A stretch of DNA of 64,000 bases from Antechinus flavipes (taxonomy: Eukaryota), in contig NC_067401.1 of NCBI RefSeq assembly GCF_016432865.1, positions 189,782,001 through 189,846,000 of the forward strand, in the 5' to 3' direction. The notes beneath the pieces were generated by a model. That model was not told the DNA's origin, searched no databases, and saw only the letters and a list, made by a program, of their open reading frames with translations. Made by a program: the position numbers and the translations under genes. This document shows, piece by piece, positions 58,207 to 64,000 of the stretch. The first letter of the stretch is position 1, and the number at the start of each line of letters is the position of its first letter.

Positions 58207-58293
58207 TGAGCTCATGGGTTTCTCCACTAGGGAAGTTTTCCGCCCTCAGAGTGAGAACTTCTCCACACACACCCTGCCCTTGAGGCATATAAA
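58207..58293 (+). promoter_or_regulatory. TNF proximal promoter: CRE-like TGAGCTCA (58207-14), kappa3/NFAT GGGTTTCTCC (58216-25), GGAAGTTTTCC (58231-41), TATAAA (58288-93)
   Basis: Order and sequence match the well-known human TNF proximal enhanceosome elements. Confidence 0.9.
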
Positions 58294-58416
58294 GGCAGCT
58301 GCTCACTCATCAGTAGACAGAAGCTCCCAGAGAACATCAAGGAACTAATCAGAGAGAGAGAAAGACTACTCCAGGCTTTCTGACATTTTTACCCCTTTTA
58401 AAAACTCAAACCACTG

Positions 58417-58418
<2 letters not shown>

Positions 58419-58500
<82 letters not shown>
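58419..58500 (+). repeat. (CT)27(CA)14 compound microsatellite inside the TNF 5'UTR
   Basis: Counted directly; lies between TATA (58288) and ATG (58624). Confidence 0.95.
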
Positions 58501-58503
<3 letters not shown>

Positions 58504-58623
58504 GCACGCAAGCACTTTGTCCAGAGTCATTTGACTCTTTGCAACAAGGAACTACAAATTTGGACTTCAGCCTCTTCGACACAGCATCCTTGGAAAACTG
58601 AGCAGCTCCACCAAACGGGAATC

Positions 58624-60267
58624 ATGAGCACAGAGAGCATGATCCGAGACGTGGAACTAGCAGAAGAGGCACTCCAAAGGAAGGCAAGGGGGCCCCAAGG
58701 CCCTGGACGCTGCCTCTGCCTCACACTTATCTCCTTCCTTTTTCTTGCTGGGGCTACTATTCTCTTCTGCCTGCTGCACTTCGGTGTGATAGGACCTCAG
58801 AAGGAAGAGGTGAGATGCCTCACAATATTTGGCCATAAAAACAGGAACAGAAAGGAATTGGGAAAGGCAGGATAGATGGGGAAAGAGAGATAAGGATGTA
58901 AAGAAAAAGAGAGAGAAAAATAATAATAGAGTGATGGGGAAATTACAGTAATGAAAATAGAAAAGAAAAAGAATAATGGAAAGGAAGAAAGAGGGGGAGA
59001 ACTAAAGAGAAATATAAATGGGGAGATAGAAAGAGAAAGATGGAATAGGGAAGAAAGATATGAGAGAAAAGAGACAAGATGAGAATTATGAGAGGCATAT
59101 GTAGGTTCTTCTAAATATACATTCTAACCTCTGTCTTTTTAACTTTTTGTCCATAATTCATCATTGATCTCTTCTTTTTTCGTTCTTCTCTAGGAGCAAG
59201 ATGCCTTTCGTGACATGAAACCTTTGACTCAGAGAGTCAGTAAGTGTCCCTTGTTTACTATCCCAATCTCTTAAACCCTCATTTTCAAGTGGGATATACC
59301 TGGTTTGAGGCTGGTAATAGGATGAGGGAACAGATATTAGGGGACAGGAAGCATCTCTGAATTTTGGTGGGGAATGGCAGAGAGGAATGAAAGAGAGCTT
59401 AAGTTCAGTTTTTAACTTTCATTTCTTCCTTCTCTTTTCTCTCCCATTTTAGGATCTTGTCTCAGTGAAAGTGACAAGCCTGTAGCTCATGTTGTAGGTA
59501 ATTATCTGAAATTTTGGAAATGGGGCCAAATGGGGCCTGGAATCAGAGAATGGGCTAAGTCAATATGGAACTTTGGGGATAAAACAGAACCTATAGGAGA
59601 AGAAATATTAGAAAGGAAGGAAGGGGGAGAGGGTGGAAATGAACTGGATGGCTAGAACTGGAAGAAAAGGATGAAGAGGAAAGAAAGAATTCAAGGGATA
59701 AGATTCTATGGGGATGGAAAGAACCTGAGGGATATGACACAAAGAATGTCTTGAATTTTAGAAATAAGTTATGGGGAACAAAATGTGGAAGATGGAATTC
59801 AAAAGAAGCATGTGGATTTAACTTTTTCTTCCTCTTTCCCTACAGCTAATCCCAAGGCAGAGGGGCAGCTCCAGTGGTTGAATAGGAGTGCCAATGCTCT
59901 CCTGAATAATGGCATGGAACTGAAAGACAACCAGCTGGTGGTGCCTGCCACTGGGCTCTACCTGGTCTACTCCCAGCTCCTTTTCAAGGGAGAAGATTGT
60001 GCCAGCGAACCCCTGTTCCTCACTCATACCATCTCCCGGGTTTCATTGTCCTACCAACACAAAGTCAGCCTTCTTGCTGCCATCAAGAGTCCGTGCCAGA
60101 AGGCAACACAAGGAGCTAGGGAAGCTAATCCCTGGTATGAACCAATCTACCTGGGGGGTGTCTTCCAGCTTGAAAAAGGTGATAAGCTCAGTTCTGACAC
60201 CAACTATCCAAAATATCTTGACTTAGCTGAGTCTGGCCAGGTCTATTTTGGGATCATTGCTCTTTGA
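58624..60267 (+). CDS. TNF: Tumour necrosis factor (exons 58624-58809, 59194-59239, 59453-59497, 59846-60267; 232 aa)
   Basis: GT-AG junctions, 699 nt. [79 protein letters not shown]. Confidence 0.99.
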
Positions 60268-60789
60268 GAGAAGAAAGGAAATCATACTTGCCCCACTCCT
60301 TATCCCACAATTACCTTTATCAATCTTCCTCTGTGTTCCTTGACATGGAGGAAATCTGCCTTCCTTTGGGGGGATTGAGAAGTGGTTTAAAGACTGACAA
60401 CTAGAGTTTAGTTAAAGGGCATCAAGAAACTGCTATTAGCAGTTTTTATTATTTATTATTTATTATATATGACAGACCATAGAAATAAAAGGTCCAGAGT
60501 AATATAAAACTCTATCAAGAAATCCGTGCTGAAACAAATTAAGAATCTAGATCGAAACTGGGAACCAGAATGCCCAGCTCACAGAACCAGGCCACCCCTT
60601 GAAGCCTGACCTGAGGGAAAGGATTCTCTTTATTCTAGAATACTCTCTGAGATATATATAGCTGATCTAAACACTGAAATGAATCAAAATTCAGATCATT
60701 CCTATTCTATTGGCTGTAATTCAGGAGTCTTGCCTTTTTTCCCCCCTGGGACCAAACCTGGGGTGGCCTTTGTTATTTATGACTAGATA

Positions 60790-60865
60790 ATGTGTTTGTT
60801 TGTTGTTTGTTTATTTGTTTATTTATTTATTTATTTATTTATTTATTCTTGAAGATATTTATTTA
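60790..60865 (+). promoter_or_regulatory. TNF 3'UTR AU-rich element (overlapping ATTTA)
   Basis: TTTATTTATTTATTTATTTATTTATTTATT run preceded by (TTTG)-like repeats. Confidence 0.9.
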
Positions 60866-60918
60866 GGATGTTAGGATTCATGGGGGACCCAGATATTGAG
60901 GTTTCCCCAGCTTAGGAG

Positions 60919-60935
60919 TATTTTCTGTGAAAATA
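60919..60935 (+). promoter_or_regulatory. Constitutive decay element (Roquin-binding CDE stem-loop)
   Basis: TATTTTC-TGT-GAAAATA: 7-bp perfect stem with UGU triloop, downstream of the ARE as in mouse and human TNF. Confidence 0.9.
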
Positions 60936-61115
60936 GAACTGAACCAAGGGGTGCTCCTATTCTGGCCCCTCATCTACCCTCTCATCTGCCTATTTAAAAA
61001 AAATTTATCTGATATTATCACATTGTTGATTTAGTGGCTGTATGTCGCTGTATCTCTGAACCTCTGCTCCCCAGGGGAGCCATGTCTGTAAGCGCCCTAT
61101 TTGTCAGTGGCGAGA

Positions 61116-61121
61116 AATAAA
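61116..61121 (+). terminator. TNF poly(A) signal
   Basis: CAGTGGCGAGAAATAAACTTTGCTT, matching the conserved TNF 3' end. Confidence 0.9.
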
Positions 61122-62365
61122 CTTTGCTTTAAAAAGACTTGGAATTTAATGAGATTTGTTATTAAGTGATGAAAATGTTTGGGACATTACAATACATTTG
61201 AATTATTCAGTTGCTTCATTTCCTCTATCTGCCTCATTTCAAAGTAGGAAAATTTTCATTCCTGCCTCCCAATTCCTTCTTTCTAAGATGTAAGAGCCTT
61301 CTCTATAATCCTTTCCTCATCTCTAGTCCCTAAATTCTAAGATCATAGAATCCAAGAGATCTCACAGAGATAAAGACTAGAAAAGTATTATACCTTGATA
61401 CTTAGAGAAAAAGATCCCTTCTTATTTTAACAAGCCAATTGAGACCATCCTATAAGAGCTTCCTCAACACTACTCTTGGAAAAATTCCAATTATCATTAC
61501 TTATCCTTTCTTTCTTTACTCCTGTCATAGAGGAAGAAGCATTCCTTTTCCTCCACAAGTTCATATTCCTAGATCTCATCCTCTCCTACCTCCAGTACCC
61601 ATCTGCTTGACTCCTTCCCAACATCTACAAACATGTTCAGGTCTTTTCTAGTCATATAAAAACCTTCCCTTGACTATTGACTGTAGACACATCTGCTCTC
61701 CATTTCACTGTCAACTTCTTGAAAATTTCATTTATTCTCCATCTTCGTTTCTGTCACCCATACTTTCCTAGATTTCATGCAACTAGCTTCTGTCCTTTCC
61801 TCTGAAATCAACTTTTCTTCTTCAGTATCAATAACCAAAATTTATTTAGCCTGGGAAGGCAGGAGTCTATGGAAAAGAAAAGAGTCTCATGTTATGGAAA
61901 GAGGAGAAGTATGATTCTGTATGTATTGGGGAAAATCTCATATCAAATAGAGACTGAAAGGAAGAGATTTTGATGTGATTGGGAGTTAATTGTTGTCATC
62001 CAACAAAATGTAAATGGAACATCCTCCTTTCTCATGAATTTTTCAAATGTTACCAACAAAGAGAGGAAGTGTGTTATCTTGGAGAAAACATTAAACAGAG
62101 TGAAACACCCATCTCTGATAAATATTATGTGCTTACACAAATTATTAATGTCTCTGTAAGATCCTTAATCTATACAATGGGAGTTAAACTAGATCACCTA
62201 ACAATTGTTATTGTTCAACTCACCATTATAGAAATCACCACTACAATATATCTGACAAGGGATCATCATCTAATTTTTCCTTGAAAAGAAGAGGGAGTGC
62301 CCCACCTCTCTCCAGGTAGTCCGTTTCACCTTTGTACAGCTCTCTTTGTTAGGAAGTTCTTCCAA

Positions 62366-62737
62366 TGGATCTCTTCGATAAAGAGAGCCTTAATTGATCA
62401 AAGATGGACAGAAGCAGCTACACCCAGAGAAAGAACATTGGGAAATGAATATAAACTGCTTGCATTTTTGTTTTTCTTCCCGGGTTATTTATACCTTCTG
62501 AATTCAATTCTCCCTGTGCAATAAGAAAACTGTTCGGTTCTGCAAACATATATTGTATCTAAGATATACTGTAACCCATTCAACATGTAAAGGACTGTTT
62601 GCCATCTGGGGGAAGGGGTGGAGGGAGGAAGGGGAAAAATTGGAACAGAAGTGAGTACAAGGGATAATGCTGTAAAAAATTACCCTGGCATGCATTTTAT
62701 CAATAAAAAGTTATTTTAAAAAAAATTTTTTAAAAAA
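62366..62737 (+). mobile_element. Young 5'-truncated LINE-1 3'UTR insertion
   Basis: Perfect 15-bp TSD AGGAAGTTCTTCCAA (62351-62365 / 62738-62752), AATAAA and tail. Confidence 0.93.
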
Positions 62738-62944
62738 AGGAAGTTCTTCCAAAATCACAAAAATCACACCAAAATAATGGCCTCTTTACAATTATCCCAA
62801 CCTGTGCTGCTCCTAGTTCTGCCCACAGGAACCTATCAGAACAAATCCTATACATTCTCTATAGAACAGCCTTTCAATTGCTTGAAAAGAGCTATCATCT
62901 ATCCCCCTACCATGACTCCAAGTCCCTTTTTCTCCCCAGTTTCT

Positions 62945-63735
62945 TTCTTTCTTTTTTTTTTTTAATAATTTTTTATTGATAGAACCCATGCCAGGGTAAT
63001 TTTTACAGCATTATCCCTTGCATTCACTTCTGTTCCGATTTTTCCCCTCCCTCCCTCCACCCCTTCCCCGAGATGGCAAGCAGTCCTTTACATGTTGAAT
63101 GGGTTGCAGTATATCCTAGATACAATATATGTGTGCAGAACCGAATAGTTTTCTTGTTGCACAGGGAGAATTGAATTCAGAAGGTATAAATAACCCGGGA
63201 GGAAAAACATAAATGCAAGCAGTTTATATTCATTTCCAGTGTTCTTTCTCTGGGTGTAGCTGCTTCTGTCCATCTTTGATCAATTAAGGCTCTCTTTATC
63301 AAAGAGGTCCACTTCCATCAGAATACATCCTCAAATAGTATCATTGTTGAGGTATATAATGATCTCCTGGTTCTGCTCATTTCACTCAGCATCAGTTCAT
63401 GTAAGTCTCGCCAGTCCTCTCTGTATTCATCCTGCTGGTCGTTCCTTACAGAACAATAATATTCCATAACGTTCATATACCACAATTTACTCAACCATTC
63501 TCCAATTGATGGACATCCTTTCATTTTCCAGCTTCTAGCCACTACAAACAGGACTGCCACAAACATTTTGGCACATACAGGTCCCTTTCCCTTCTCTTTG
63601 GGGTATAAGCCCAGTAGAAACACTGCTGGATCAAAGGATATGCACAGCTTGATAACTTTTTGAGCATAGTTCCAAATTGCTTTCCAGAATGGCTGGATGT
63701 GTTCACAATTCCACCAACAATGTATCAGTGTTCTC
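62945..63735 (-). mobile_element. 5'-truncated LINE-1 (ORF2 end plus 3'UTR)
   Basis: ORF 63318-63623 LLGLYPKE...MFVAVLFVVARSWK...CPSIGEWLSKLWY, poly(T) at the left end. Confidence 0.92.
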
Positions 63736-63769
63736 CCCAGTTTCTTAGGGAAATCATACCCAGAGAATT

Positions 63770-63797
63770 AAGAATTTTCAATTCTGGGAATTCCAAT
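63770..63797 (+). promoter_or_regulatory. Candidate TNF downstream kB element (AAGAATTTTCAATTCTGGGAATTCCAAT)
   Basis: GGGAATTCC site with a degenerate upstream partner. Resembles the tandem kB element 3' of eutherian TNF as I recall it. Confidence 0.5.
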
Positions 63798-64000
63798 TGT
63801 TATCTGAGAAATTCCACACAATTCAGGTACACTTTCCAGATTTAGGGACCTGAGAGATCAGGGGAAGGACAATATTCCCTATGACCTGAGTCATAGAACT
63901 TGCAGGAAGTCAGGTGTTGGGTATCCCAATTTCCCTCCTTCACAGACTCCTTTCAGGGATCAAGGTTTCTTATACTCTCAGCTTTCTCCTTCCCTTTCCT

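Noticed and set aside
58531-58875. 114-aa ORF extending TNF upstream
   Set aside because: Starts at TTG in the 5'UTR. The true start is ATG 58624 and the exon ends at the 58810 donor. The ORFs 56286-56759 and 59785-60267 are likewise last exons plus in-frame intron.
61200-64000. LTB exons
   Set aside because: LTB is expected next by synteny, but no LTB-like coding sequence was recognised within the window.

Overview
Mammalian genomic DNA from the MHC class III 'inflammatory' region. SINE/L1 types and protein divergence point to a marsupial, probably a dasyurid (inference). Gene order from left to right: decayed MHC class I-like (MIC-like) pseudogene (+), MCCD1 (+), DDX39B/BAT1 (-, hosting two U83/U84-family C/D snoRNAs), ATP6V1G2 (-), NFKBIL1 (+, clearly pseudogenised), LTA (+), TNF (+). 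This matches the human MICB-MCCD1-DDX39B-ATP6V1G2-NFKBIL1-LTA-TNF order. MCCD1, DDX39B, ATP6V1G2, LTA and TNF splice into intact ORFs with GT-AG introns (115, 428, 118, 201 and 232 aa by hand). The first 18 kb is a nest of retroelements: an ERV1-like provirus (4-bp TSD) contains an env-less betaretrovirus-like provirus (6-bp TSD), which itself contains an L1 3' fragment. The most notable observations are loss of NFKBIL1, a relic MIC-like gene absent from the ORF track, snoRNA turnover in DDX39B introns, a compact bidirectional poly(A) element, and TNF regulatory architecture that is conserved but remodelled by repeats. All alignments and counts were done by eye; no database searches were run.
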